Below are positions 43,383 to 52,517 of a stretch of DNA of 64,000 bases, in pieces (within the stretch, counting starts at the first letter, position 1; the number at the start of each line of letters is the position of its first letter). A program made the position numbers and the translations under genes. Origin of the DNA: Gracilibacteraceae bacterium (GTDB lineage: Bacteria > Bacillota > Desulfitobacteriia > Desulfitobacteriales > Syntrophobotulaceae); the NCBI GenBank assembly GCA_031266805.1, contig JAISAH010000084.1:4952-68951 (forward strand), written 5' to 3'. Below the pieces are notes generated by a model. The model worked only from the letters and a program-made list of their open reading frames with translations, did no database searches and was not told the DNA's origin.

Positions 43383-44939
43383 TCATTCGGGCGTTCTGAC
43401 GACCCAATGGCCGCCCTTGGCGGGGCCGACGCGCTTGACCGAGCCTGTCGCTTTTAGCGTTTGAATGTGAGCTTGGACATTGCGCGGCGCTATGCCGATC
43501 TCGTTGGCGATGGATTTTGCGGTTATCCTCGGCTCGGATTGCATCAGTTCCAGTATCTTGATCTGAACAGAGTTTACGCCGACGTTTTCTGCGATGCTTT
43601 CTCCGTTTTCTACGATGTTTTCTACGATGCTTTCTGTGTTTTCTACGATGCTTCCTCTGTTTTCTTCGATGTTTTCTACGATGTTTTCCCCGTTTTCTAC
43701 GATGCTTTTTATGGTTTCTACGATGCTTTTTGTGTTTTCTACGATGTATCCTCCGTTTTCTACGATGTTTTCTCCGATGGTTGCTCCTTCTCCGATGCTT
43801 TCTACGATGTTTTCTCCGATGCCGGTATCGGTGTTAAACCCGATCATGACGTAGTTTGAGTGTACTTCGTAAAATGGCTCCGCCTTGCCCCAAGACTTGC
43901 AGGAGTCGGTGATTTTCTCAATGCCGCGCCCCCAAGCCTCGATCTGTCCGGAACGGAAAAACGCGCCCGCAATGAGCGGGTTGTACGGCATCGAAGTGTG
44001 GGTGGCAAACAGTTTGTCGACAGTCCAATTTTCAGGCAATCTGCCGTCGTTGTATATCAGCACTTTATCCGGGTATATATGAATGTGGATCGGATTCCCG
44101 GTGCTGTAGTCCCTATGCTGGATAGCATTCAAAACGGCCTCGCGAAAAGCCCGCCTCGGCACAGGAAACGTCTCTATCCGCTGCAACCCTTCATAACTGA
44201 TGAAGCCTTTGAAATACTTCGTATAGACCAAATCCTCGACCTTATCCGCCATCGTGATGAGCGGGCCGTGGATTTCATCCTGATAGAGAATGTCGGCGGC
44301 GTTCTCGAAAAGACCTACTTTAACATACGCTCCCGGCACCCAATTCTCAGGGTCCTGATGGAAAATGAGCAGCGCCGCGCGCTTCAGGTAGTCACCCTCG
44401 ACAAGGCGCAGATTTTTCAAAAGCACCTCGTCAGTTATCTCCAGATCCTGAGTCGTCAGGCGGGCGCTGGCTATAGCTTTGCGCCGGAACACTTTAAAAG
44501 CGTCGCGCTCGAAGTCGTCGAACTTCACATACGGCATGGGCACGCCGTCCCAGGTCCTGCCCTGTTTGCGGAGCATAAACCCGTCGAGCGCGCTGCCTGT
44601 GAGTTCCTGCGTCGTGCTGCCGGAGCGGATGTAATAAACGCCGTGATAGCTGATGGGAAACGGGTACGCCCCCACGGTTATGGTGATGTATTTCTGGCCG
44701 TCCGCTTCATGGGCGGCGATATGGGGGATGATCGCCATCGCGTTCTTGATCTTGTTCGGCAAATCCTCCAAGAGTTTGGCCGTATCCTTGACGCCGACGA
44801 CCACGCCGCCGTCGTCGCGTCCGACTTCCAAAGTCCCGCCGGATGCGTTGGCAAAAGCGCAGAGCGTTTTCATATATTCATCGCGCCAAGTCTCTTTCCA
44901 CTCAAGGTTTTGGCTTTCCACGCCCAATCCTCCCGTCAT
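43383..44939 (-). CDS. AlbA_2 (Schlafen-like) / HATPase_c_4 / C-terminal winged-HTH protein with an internal IVEN repeat tract
   Basis: N-terminus ESQNLEWKETWRDEYMKTLCAFANASGGTLEVGRDD is the AlbA_2 signature. The middle part has ...FREAVLNAIQHRDY.... The C-terminus ILELMQSEPRITAKSIANEIGIAPRNVQAHIQTLKA is an HTH. The start (ATG 44939) is uncertain. Confidence 0.75.
   Translation of the reverse strand: MTGGLGVESQNLEWKETWRDEYMKTLCAFANASGGTLEVGRDDGGVVVGVKDTAKLLEDLPNKIKNAMAIIPHIAAHEADGQKYITITVGAYPFPISYHGVYYIRSGSTTQELTGSALDGFMLRKQGRTWDGVPMPYVKFDDFERDAFKVFRRKAIASARLTTQDLEITDEVLLKNLRLVEGDYLKRAALLIFHQDPENWVPGAYVKVGLFENAADILYQDEIHGPLITMADKVEDLVYTKYFKGFISYEGLQRIETFPVPRRAFREAVLNAIQHRDYSTGNPIHIHIYPDKVLIYNDGRLPENWTVDKLFATHTSMPYNPLIAGAFFRSGQIEAWGRGIEKITDSCKSWGKAEPFYEVHSNYVMIGFNTDTGIGENIVESIGEGATIGENIVENGGYIVENTKSIVETIKSIVENGENIVENIEENRGSIVENTESIVENIVENGESIAENVGVNSVQIKILELMQSEPRITAKSIANEIGIAPRNVQAHIQTLKATGSVKRVGPAKGGHWVVRTPE
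43581..43835 (-). repeat. Intragenic tandem repeat tract; about 13 copies of the core CATCGTAGAAAA (I-V-E-N) at variable 15-27 nt spacing
   Basis: The plus strand shows GTTTTCTACGATG recurring. The protein reads GENIVES..GENIVENGGYIVENTKSIVETIKSIVENGENIVENIEENRGSIVENTESIVENIVENGESIAEN. Confidence 0.85.
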
Positions 44940-45115
44940 TGGCGATCCTTTCACGCAAATCATAGCACGAGCCGTGGACTTTGTCCATATCAACACACCG
45001 TCCTCTGGGCATGTCTCCTTGCGGGAGAGTATTTTCTATTGTGAAAATAATCGCAATAAAAAATTTTTCTACGAGCCGAAATATTGCGTTTTGTGACCGC
45101 CGTGAGACCGGGCGA

Positions 45116-45124
45116 TGATATAAT
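45116..45124 (+). promoter_or_regulatory. Candidate extended -10 promoter (TGaTATAAT) for the giant wall-protein gene
   Basis: Read directly. No good -35 at 17 bp. It lies 18 nt upstream of the left inverted repeat. Confidence 0.4.
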
Positions 45125-45141
45125 GGCCTTGGATGATGTGT

Positions 45142-45163
45142 CATTTTACCTAAACTGTTACAT
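45142..45163. repeat. Left inverted repeat (CATTTTACCTAAACTGTTACAT) of a candidate invertible switch
   Basis: Its reverse complement matches 45281-45302 at 21 of 22 positions. Confidence 0.8.
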
Positions 45164-45223
45164 ATCGGCTGAAACCCTGATTTTCTCTGCCTTTCCGCAC
45201 CCCCCTTAAACCCGGATTTCCTG

Positions 45224-45248
45224 CCGCCGGCGCTCCCGGCGGTTTTTT
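45224..45248 (+). terminator. Intrinsic terminator inside the inverted-repeat-flanked segment
   Basis: CCGCCGG-CGCTC-CCGGCGG followed by TTTTTT. No plus-strand gene ends upstream of it, so it sits in the leader of the wall-protein gene. Confidence 0.6.
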
Positions 45249-45280
45249 GTTTGCCTGATTTGTCAACGGTTCCCGCAGGA

Positions 45281-45302
45281 ATGTAACAGTTTAGGTAAAC
45301 TG
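45281..45302. repeat. Right inverted repeat (ATGTAACAGTTTAGGTAAACTG); 45281-45308 is also self-palindromic
   Basis: ATGTAACAGTTT-AGGT-AAACTGTTACAT is a 12-4-12 palindrome. It pairs with 45142-45163. Confidence 0.8.
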
Positions 45303-45507
45303 TTACATTCGGACCGGCGGTGATCCTGCCGGCGAAGGGCGTCAAAAGCTGGCAGAGCGCGGGTTCAGGCGAATTCAGGCCGGTTTCGTCCGCGGGGCGG
45401 AGGGCGCCGGCGCGTAAAGGGGAAGGTTCCCCCCATAATTCCCGGAAACGGTTAACATAGATGGATCTGTATCATGATTCAAAAGAAATTATGGAGGTAT
45501 AGAACAA

Positions 45508-48500
45508 ATGAGACGAAAGCTAATGGCAAGTCTGCTCGTATTCCTCATGCTGCTCACGGTGCTGCCGGTCGCGGTATTTGCAGATGGGCCGGAACCGGAA
45601 CCAGAACCGACTTTAGCAGAACAATTGGCTGAGGTGAGGTCGCACATTAGCGTACTGCAAGCTGAATTAGCAGTAGCAGATCCAGAAGATGTAGATGATA
45701 CTCAAAAAGCACTTCTTAACGCAATTGTTTCAGCAAATGAAAATCTTTACCAGCGACTTTTTGGCGATGCTTATAATATTGCAGTTACAAGCGACGCTAA
45801 ATTTGTCATTAATTATTTCCTCGGTACTACCACTATAGATTTCCCATTTTTGTTCACCTATGTGGGATCTCATCTCTTACTACAGCACGATATACAAGTA
45901 ACTGCTGGCGTTTCTCGTGATGGTTCGTCCTATGGTTCAGAGGCAGAATCTCTGGTCAATATATCCAAACAAAGCGACAATGCTATTGATGCTGCGTATG
46001 ACCTCTGCCTGTATGTGAGCAAATACGTTGAAGCCACGCTGGCTTTGGAGTTAAACAATAACTTAGATTCTGGCGAGGCAGCTGATTATTACAATACAGT
46101 GACTGCTTATAATAACGACAATGAAGTGGCTAATCTGAAAGACGTCTTAATTGGAGGAGTTGCTCAGGAGAATAAACAGGTCAATATTAAAGAAGCTACT
46201 GTCATCGGTACTGGCATTGCAGCGCAAACTCACACAATCGACATGAAAAAAGTGGTTGGCGGCGCAGTTGATTTGTTTGAACTTGAGATGGGTGTAATCA
46301 GCGGAATAAATGATTTGCTTGATGGCGCGGGGGATATAATTGAAGGATTGTTCGGAGAAGACATCGCTGATATCGAAGCGCTTCTTAATCTTGACAATTA
46401 TAACATCGAGGCGCTTCAAGACGACCTTGATAACGCGACCACTGCTGAGGAAGCTTTAGCAATAAGAAATCAAGCCTTAACTGACAAGGGATTATTAGAT
46501 GGGGCTGTGGAAAGCGCTGAAACATTGATAACAGCGTTGAGAACAAATTTTGGCGATTTGATACCTGCAGAGATTTATGAGGGGCTGGAGGGTGAAGATA
46601 GCGCCCTTTCAGCCGCGAAAAACTTGGCGACTGGTTTTGGCACTCTGGCAAGTGACGCTTCTGACAAATATCTTGAATTACTTGCCGAAGACGGCGATAT
46701 GGCTACAAAAGCCTTTATCGAAAAAACAAAAGAACTCTCAAATGCCGCGCAGCAAGTGTCACAGCAGGCAGCCGACTTCAAGAGTGAACTGTCTGGAACA
46801 GTGACCGAAGCAAAAAGGGATAAAGCGCAGGCATTTATAGATGACCAAACGGCGGATAGAGCGAAAACTAAACTTGCGGCAACAAAAAGCGACCTGAGTT
46901 TGGAGGCCGCGCTTAGCGCGTTAATAGGTTCCTATGGTGAAGACACGGCAGCCGCAGATGTCGCGAACGCTAAGGGAACTGCCGCGTTAGAGCTTGCAAA
47001 TGGCAACTATAATGATGCCGTGATTGCTATGAATGAAGCCCTTGAGTTTGCAAAAAAAGTCGTCGGGGATTATGACACCATACAGGGCAGCAAAGATATA
47101 ATTGCTGATTTCAATAAAGTTGCGGCTCTGTTAGGTAATATCGGTGCTATGCTCAGTAATTACGCCGGCATTGATTTCAGCAATGCGGACGCCGGTGTAA
47201 ATACGACCTTGGATTTTTTGGAAGCAGACCTCAAGACCATTAAAGAGGCCATAGAAAGCGCTAATAGGGTGAGCGATTGGTTGCTGGCTGCTAATCCGAC
47301 TGTAGTTGATCTTATTGAAACGACTTTAGGCATTGATTTAAGCGACGCCGACTTGAGCGCGGTCATCGCCGGAGCGCTTAGCGCCGCCGTGCCGCAAGTC
47401 AAAGATACCATCAGCGGTTTGCTTAACGGCGGCGGTCTTGAATCCAGCCAGGTGAATAGTATCATCTCCGCCTTGGAAGGTTTGATCGACACCGACAATT
47501 TATTCTCGCTGGACGATCTGGCCAGCAATATCGACGATGCCCTTGTGATCATTGGTAATATAAAGATAGATTACCAATTCGGCACTGACGTCAAATTGCA
47601 GGAAATGATTGATTTTACCAACTCCATCATTGACGGCGGCATCGCGGCCAGATATGAGAATCTGGACATTGATTCTTTGAAAGATGTGGGCGTCCTGCTC
47701 GAATATATCCGGGAGGATCTGGACACGGCGATATCCGTCGTCATGTCCGCGGATATCATCGACAAAAACCTTCGAACCCTTCTCGGCGACAACACGGTCT
47801 CCGGCGTTGTGTTCGGTTTTCTGAGCGATACTTTGCCCGGTCTGATCGACGGTCTGCTGGACAGCGCTGATCTGGATGATTATATTGATCTGAGCGGCAC
47901 CGGCAGTATTGTGAAAGATCTGCTCAGTACGCTGGCGGACGCGGATGTTGACGCGACGGGTACGGCGCTGGAGTATCTGGGTTATGTATCCGAGGCGCTG
48001 GATGATGTAATTGACATCTACGGAGAAATCACGGAACTTTTCACTTATAACGGCGAATATATCCAGGGATTGGATCTGCCGGACGTGCTGGACGCGCTCG
48101 GCCTGGACGGCGAGGCTCTGGTCAAGCTGTTTGACGGTATTCTGGACGCGGCGGCCGGCAGCGTGGCCGGTATTCTGGACGAAGTCGGGATAGACGCCGA
48201 CGAGAAAAAAGCGCAAATCCGAGCGGAACTGGCGCAACTGATTGACAACCTGAATGATTTCGGCGATTTCGTCACTCAGCTGGAAGCTATCGCCGGCGAG
48301 TTGAACGGCCTGTACGATTTAGCGGCGGGCTATCTGACCGAGACCGAGATCGAGCAAATCGCGGCTGATATCTGGCAGTATTGGGGCGACGATATTACAG
48401 CCGAGCTTTGGAAACTTCTGGAAAGCGAGGCCAGTCTCACTCAAAAGGACATTGACGACTTTATAGAACGGGTCGCCCAAGGAACCGCTGAGTTTTACGA

Positions 48501-51426
48501 AAATAATGTAAAACCTTATGTGGATATCATTGCGTACTTTTCCACACTCACAGACGTTGAGTTGAGGGCCGAGGCCATCAAGGCCGTGACCGATTTGTAC
48601 AAGACTTATCTGGAAGACCGGGTCAACGGCGTGATTGCCGACTATCAGCTTGATGAGGCGTGGAGAACCCTGCAGGACGTTTATGCGGGATTCCTGAGCG
48701 CGCTGGAAAAAGCTCAAAAAATTTACGACTGCATTGACGGGATCAGCAACGAGGACGTCAAGGCGTTCCTGCAAGAGTTGGCCGACAGATTGGTACAGGC
48801 GGCCATCGATGAATTGACAAATTTTGCCAACGAATTGAAAGATCTCACCTGGGCGGAAATCCAGAACTTAGCGCGGGAGATCAGCGCGGATCTGCGGGCC
48901 GTCGCCCAGACGCTGGAGTACGTGTACGACCTCGCGGCTGGCGCGACACAGGAACTGATCAGCGAATTGAAAGCTCTGATCAGGGATAACTACGATCCCG
49001 AATGGGCGAGCGCGGCCGGAGCCCTGATTGAAGAAGCTCTAAGCCGGGCTTGGGAAGATATTTCCGCGGCGGCGATCGCTTTCTGGCATGACGGCGACGT
49101 GACCGCGTTCCGCGAAACGGTGGAAGCGCGGGCGAATCAAGTTTACGGCGGTCTCAAGTATGTCGCCGACTATATTAAGGCGAACGGCGAAATCAGCATA
49201 GCCGCCGAGAACGGAACAGGCGACGTGTTCTATACGCTGTCCGCGAACTATGATGAACTGCTGAACGCGGATTTCTTCGGCGAGCCGGTTCTCGGCAGCG
49301 CGGTTGAACTGCTGAACAAACTCGGCTTCACGCTGGAATACCGGCTGGACGCGGCGAGCGCAGCGGCAGGATTCAGCATTGCCAATGGCAATGAAATCGT
49401 CGGCCTCGGCGCGGCGGCGGGTTCGTACGATGTCGGGATTGAGTATTATCTCGTATACGGCGCCAAGAACCAGGAGTGGAAGCTGGCGGCGACAGAAGTA
49501 CAAATTTCGATAGTACAGACCCACACCGTCACATTCGTGGACTATGACGACACAGTATTGAAAACCGAGACCGTTAATCACGGCGACGCGGCCACGGCTC
49601 CGGCTGACCCGACACGTGACGGTTACACTTTCACTGGCTGGAATGTTCCTTTCGCCAACATCACATCAGACCTTACAGTCACGGCGACTTACACGCCAGT
49701 CGCCACACCGCCCGCCACCACTTACACCGTAACGGTGATTAACGGCACGGCGGACAACAGCAGTTACGCCGCTGGCGACACTGTGACCGTCACCGCCAAC
49801 GCCGCGCCTGCCGGACAGCGGTTCAGAGCGTGGACGTCCCCATCCGTGACCTTCACCGACTCCACGAGCGAAACAACTACTTTCACCATGCCGGCATACG
49901 CCGTCACAGTCACGGCGAATTATGAGCCGATCCCCGTTCCCTCCGCCGGAGCCTACAGGGTAGACCCCGACACCACCCTTTCCTTCGGCACGGTCTCGGT
50001 CGGCTACGCCCCTGTCGCCCCGCAAACCGTCACTGTCTACAACACCGGCGGCACGGCCTGGACAAATGTGAGCCTGACCCTTACCGGCGCTGACCCGGCT
50101 GCTTTCGCGATACCGGCAGGTGCGTTTGACGTGTCGGCAAACGGCTATACGTCCTTCGAAGTCAGTCCTGTAAACGGACTGCCTGTGGGATCCTATAGCG
50201 TCAGCCTGATTATCAGCAACGGCAATGAAACCCTTTCCGTCACGCTATCCTTTACAGTGGCGCCCCTGCCTGTAAGCGTCAGCGAGATCACTCTCCCCGC
50301 CCCAGTCAGAGGCGCGGCCCCTGCCCTTAGCATCGACAACGACCAGTTCAGCGGGACTGTGACCTGGAGTCCGGCCGTGGGCGCGACTTTTGCCACCCGC
50401 ACCTCTTACACGGCCACCATCACGCTGATCGCAAAAGACGGTTACACTTTAGACGGTATTGACGCAAACTTCTTCACTATCCCCGGCGCGACAAGCGTCA
50501 CCTATGACCCGGCTACCCGGACGATCACCGCGGTATTCCCACAGACAGCCGGTACTTCTAGCAGCGGCGGCAGCGGCGGGGGCTTAAGCACCGTCATAGA
50601 CGAAGAAACGCCTCTGGCCGCTCTGCCGAGCGTCAGCTATATCTACGGCGCGGACAGGGTGGAAACAGCCATCGCCATCTCGAAAGCCGGCTGGACCTCC
50701 GCTGAGGCCGTGATCCTCGCCCCCGGCGACAACGACCATATCATCGACGCTCTCTCTGTTTCTTCCCTCGCCGGACAGGACGACGCCCCGATTTTACTCG
50801 TATTAAATAACAGCATCCGCGAAAGCGTGTTCACGGAGATCGCGCGGCTCGGCGCCAGCAAAGCCTATGTAGTGGGCTCGCTGGGTCAGGGCGTGGCCGA
50901 TCAGCTCAAAGCGCGCTTCCCGGCCATTGAGATCATAGTGCTGCAAGGCGCGAACCGGGTGGAGACGGCTAAACTGATCAACGCCCGCGTCACGGCTCCG
51001 CAGGGCACGTTTGTCGTAGGTTACAGCGCCATAGCCGACGCGGTGTCCGCGGCCTCGTTCGCGGCGGCCAACGGTTATGTGATCCAGATCGCCGCTTCGG
51101 GTGGGGTATTCAGCGGCGACGCCTCCCTCGGCGGCTACGTCCTGGGCGGCCCGACTCTCGTGCAGGATGTGAGCGGCCTGACCCGGATCTACGGCGCGGA
51201 CCGCTACGCTACAAACCAAGGTATGCGCGATTCCCTCACCTTTATGTATGACAATGTGTATTTCGCGAACGGCGTCACGCTGGTAGACGCGCTGACCGGT
51301 TCGGCCCTGGCGGCCAAGAGCCGGGCGGTCATCCTCCTCACGCCGCAGAACGACCCGACTAATTTGAACCTCGGCCCCGTGACTCCGGAAACCAGAGTCT
51401 ACGGTTTCGGCGGCCCGGCGGCCTGA
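45508..51426 (+). CDS. Giant secreted cell-wall protein: signal peptide, acidic helical region of about 1280 aa, Listeria-Bacteroides (Flg_new) repeats, Ig-like region, three C-terminal CWB2 repeats
   Basis: Signal peptide MRRKLMASLLVFLMLLTVLPVAVFA. HTVTFVDYDDTVLKTETVNHGDAATAPADPTRDGYTFTGWN is a Flg_new repeat. The C-terminus has three units of the YGADR(V/Y)ETA... type, typical of CWB2. Confidence 0.85.
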   Translation: MRRKLMASLLVFLMLLTVLPVAVFADGPEPEPEPTLAEQLAEVRSHISVLQAELAVADPEDVDDTQKALLNAIVSANENLYQRLFGDAYNIAVTSDAKFVINYFLGTTTIDFPFLFTYVGSHLLLQHDIQVTAGVSRDGSSYGSEAESLVNISKQSDNAIDAAYDLCLYVSKYVEATLALELNNNLDSGEAADYYNTVTAYNNDNEVANLKDVLIGGVAQENKQVNIKEATVIGTGIAAQTHTIDMKKVVGGAVDLFELEMGVISGINDLLDGAGDIIEGLFGEDIADIEALLNLDNYNIEALQDDLDNATTAEEALAIRNQALTDKGLLDGAVESAETLITALRTNFGDLIPAEIYEGLEGEDSALSAAKNLATGFGTLASDASDKYLELLAEDGDMATKAFIEKTKELSNAAQQVSQQAADFKSELSGTVTEAKRDKAQAFIDDQTADRAKTKLAATKSDLSLEAALSALIGSYGEDTAAADVANAKGTAALELANGNYNDAVIAMNEALEFAKKVVGDYDTIQGSKDIIADFNKVAALLGNIGAMLSNYAGIDFSNADAGVNTTLDFLEADLKTIKEAIESANRVSDWLLAANPTVVDLIETTLGIDLSDADLSAVIAGALSAAVPQVKDTISGLLNGGGLESSQVNSIISALEGLIDTDNLFSLDDLASNIDDALVIIGNIKIDYQFGTDVKLQEMIDFTNSIIDGGIAARYENLDIDSLKDVGVLLEYIREDLDTAISVVMSADIIDKNLRTLLGDNTVSGVVFGFLSDTLPGLIDGLLDSADLDDYIDLSGTGSIVKDLLSTLADADVDATGTALEYLGYVSEALDDVIDIYGEITELFTYNGEYIQGLDLPDVLDALGLDGEALVKLFDGILDAAAGSVAGILDEVGIDADEKKAQIRAELAQLIDNLNDFGDFVTQLEAIAGELNGLYDLAAGYLTETEIEQIAADIWQYWGDDITAELWKLLESEASLTQKDIDDFIERVAQGTAEFYENNVKPYVDIIAYFSTLTDVELRAEAIKAVTDLYKTYLEDRVNGVIADYQLDEAWRTLQDVYAGFLSALEKAQKIYDCIDGISNEDVKAFLQELADRLVQAAIDELTNFANELKDLTWAEIQNLAREISADLRAVAQTLEYVYDLAAGATQELISELKALIRDNYDPEWASAAGALIEEALSRAWEDISAAAIAFWHDGDVTAFRETVEARANQVYGGLKYVADYIKANGEISIAAENGTGDVFYTLSANYDELLNADFFGEPVLGSAVELLNKLGFTLEYRLDAASAAAGFSIANGNEIVGLGAAAGSYDVGIEYYLVYGAKNQEWKLAATEVQISIVQTHTVTFVDYDDTVLKTETVNHGDAATAPADPTRDGYTFTGWNVPFANITSDLTVTATYTPVATPPATTYTVTVINGTADNSSYAAGDTVTVTANAAPAGQRFRAWTSPSVTFTDSTSETTTFTMPAYAVTVTANYEPIPVPSAGAYRVDPDTTLSFGTVSVGYAPVAPQTVTVYNTGGTAWTNVSLTLTGADPAAFAIPAGAFDVSANGYTSFEVSPVNGLPVGSYSVSLIISNGNETLSVTLSFTVAPLPVSVSEITLPAPVRGAAPALSIDNDQFSGTVTWSPAVGATFATRTSYTATITLIAKDGYTLDGIDANFFTIPGATSVTYDPATRTITAVFPQTAGTSSSGGSGGGLSTVIDEETPLAALPSVSYIYGADRVETAIAISKAGWTSAEAVILAPGDNDHIIDALSVSSLAGQDDAPILLVLNNSIRESVFTEIARLGASKAYVVGSLGQGVADQLKARFPAIEIIVLQGANRVETAKLINARVTAPQGTFVVGYSAIADAVSAASFAAANGYVIQIAASGGVFSGDASLGGYVLGGPTLVQDVSGLTRIYGADRYATNQGMRDSLTFMYDNVYFANGVTLVDALTGSALAAKSRAVILLTPQNDPTNLNLGPVTPETRVYGFGGPAA

Positions 51427-51477
51427 GGCCCAGGCAAGCACAGACAAGCAGCTGAATAAGTAAGACCCGTAAGACGC

Positions 51478-51523
51478 AAGAGACCCGCCCCGAGTAAAGG
51501 GGGTGGGTCTCTTGCTGTTTTTT
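51478..51523 (+). terminator. Intrinsic terminator of the wall-protein gene
   Basis: AAGAGACCCGCCCC-loop-GGGGTGGGTCTCTT, then GCTGTTTTTT. Confidence 0.7.
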
Positions 51524-51547
51524 GGATTCCGGCATGGAGCCGGAATG
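51524..51547. repeat. REP-like palindromic element, copy 4 (GGATTCCGGCATGGAGCCGGAATG)
   Basis: Same family as 826, 863 and 2788. It shares the CTGTTTTTTGG prefix with copy 2. Confidence 0.7.
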
Positions 51548-51658
51548 ACGGCGAGGCAGGGGGTGGATTTTCCATGATTTTATGCTATACTATTTTATAT
51601 GAAAACGGCTTTGTTTCCTTGTAAATTTGCTCATAGAAACGGTTAGGAGGAGATACCT

Positions 51659-52426
51659 GTGAAAAAAATGAAACGTAAGATACCCGGGCGCGGACTTATT
51701 TTGGCGGCGGCCCTCATGTTCGCCCTCGCCCTGAGCGCTTGCGGCGCGGGCGCTCAGTCGCCGCCGCCGCAAACCCCTCCCGCAAGCGGCGGCACGGACG
51801 CTAAAATCGCCGTGATGACGCAAGAGTATGAAGGGGATAATATCGCTGAAATACTGAAAATCGAATATGAAGGCGAAAACCCGGAAATCAGCGCCATCAA
51901 CAGCGACATTTCCCAGGAGATCTATCAGCGGTACAGTGATTTCAAGACCGGCGGCGAGCAAGGGGATTCTTGGATGGAGACTCGCGCTTATCCCTTTACC
52001 GGCGACGATTATCTGCAAATCGTCATGACGCAAGTGGAATATCCAATATATGGAACAGACGGCGAGATCTGGAGTTACAATTTTGACCGCCGGGAGAACG
52101 CGCGCGTCTTGCTGGCGGATGTAATGAACGGCTTGGAACTGACCGAGGACGCGCTCACCCAAAGGGTAAAAGAGCTGTATGCGCCGGAATCCCCCTCTCA
52201 ATCGGTGGGCGCCGTCAGCGCCAGGGGTTTCCTGATCCTTCCCGGCGGCCAAACCCAATTGCTTTTGCGGGTGACCGTCGAAAATTCGGAAGCGGAGCCC
52301 TGGGATTCCTTTTATGGGTTCAGCCCTCAGACGGGCGAGCTTTTGCCGCTGAACAAAGAATGTTTGTTCGCGCCGGAGGAAATGGATCGGATGGATCCGC
52401 CGCTTTCCTATGACAGAACGCAATGA
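51659..52426 (+). CDS. Lipoprotein of unknown function
   Basis: MKKMKRKIPGRGLILAAALMFALALSAC G lipobox. AGGAGG lies 8 nt before the GTG at 51659. Preferred over the antisense ORF 51590-52423. Confidence 0.65.
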   Translation: MKKMKRKIPGRGLILAAALMFALALSACGAGAQSPPPQTPPASGGTDAKIAVMTQEYEGDNIAEILKIEYEGENPEISAINSDISQEIYQRYSDFKTGGEQGDSWMETRAYPFTGDDYLQIVMTQVEYPIYGTDGEIWSYNFDRRENARVLLADVMNGLELTEDALTQRVKELYAPESPSQSVGAVSARGFLILPGGQTQLLLRVTVENSEAEPWDSFYGFSPQTGELLPLNKECLFAPEEMDRMDPPLSYDRTQ

Positions 52427-52460
52427 AAATCAATATATCATGAAGTTTGAGAATATGAAA

Positions 52461-52493
52461 GAGCAATCCCTTAAACAGGACTGCTCTTTTTTT
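52461..52493 (+). terminator. Intrinsic terminator
   Basis: GAGCAATCC-8 nt-GGACTGCTC followed by TTTTTTT, between convergent lipoprotein genes. Confidence 0.6.
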
Positions 52494-52517
52494 ACATTCG
52501 TAAGTTAGGGGAGCTTC

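Noticed and set aside
43581-43835. Possible CRISPR-like array suggested by the regularly recurring 12-13 nt motif
   Set aside because: The units are far too short, have no unique spacers of constant length, and lie in frame inside a long ORF with a coherent protein repeat. No cas genes are present.
44902-45345. 147-aa minus-strand ORF covering the inverted-repeat switch region
   Set aside because: It has no RBS and an odd composition, and it spans a terminator hairpin and both inverted repeats. The region is better explained as a regulatory leader of the wall-protein gene.
51590-52423. 277-aa minus-strand ORF overlapping the 51659-52426 lipoprotein gene
   Set aside because: The plus-strand frame has an AGGAGG RBS, a canonical lipoprotein signal peptide and a downstream intrinsic terminator. 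The minus-strand product is Arg-rich with no features.
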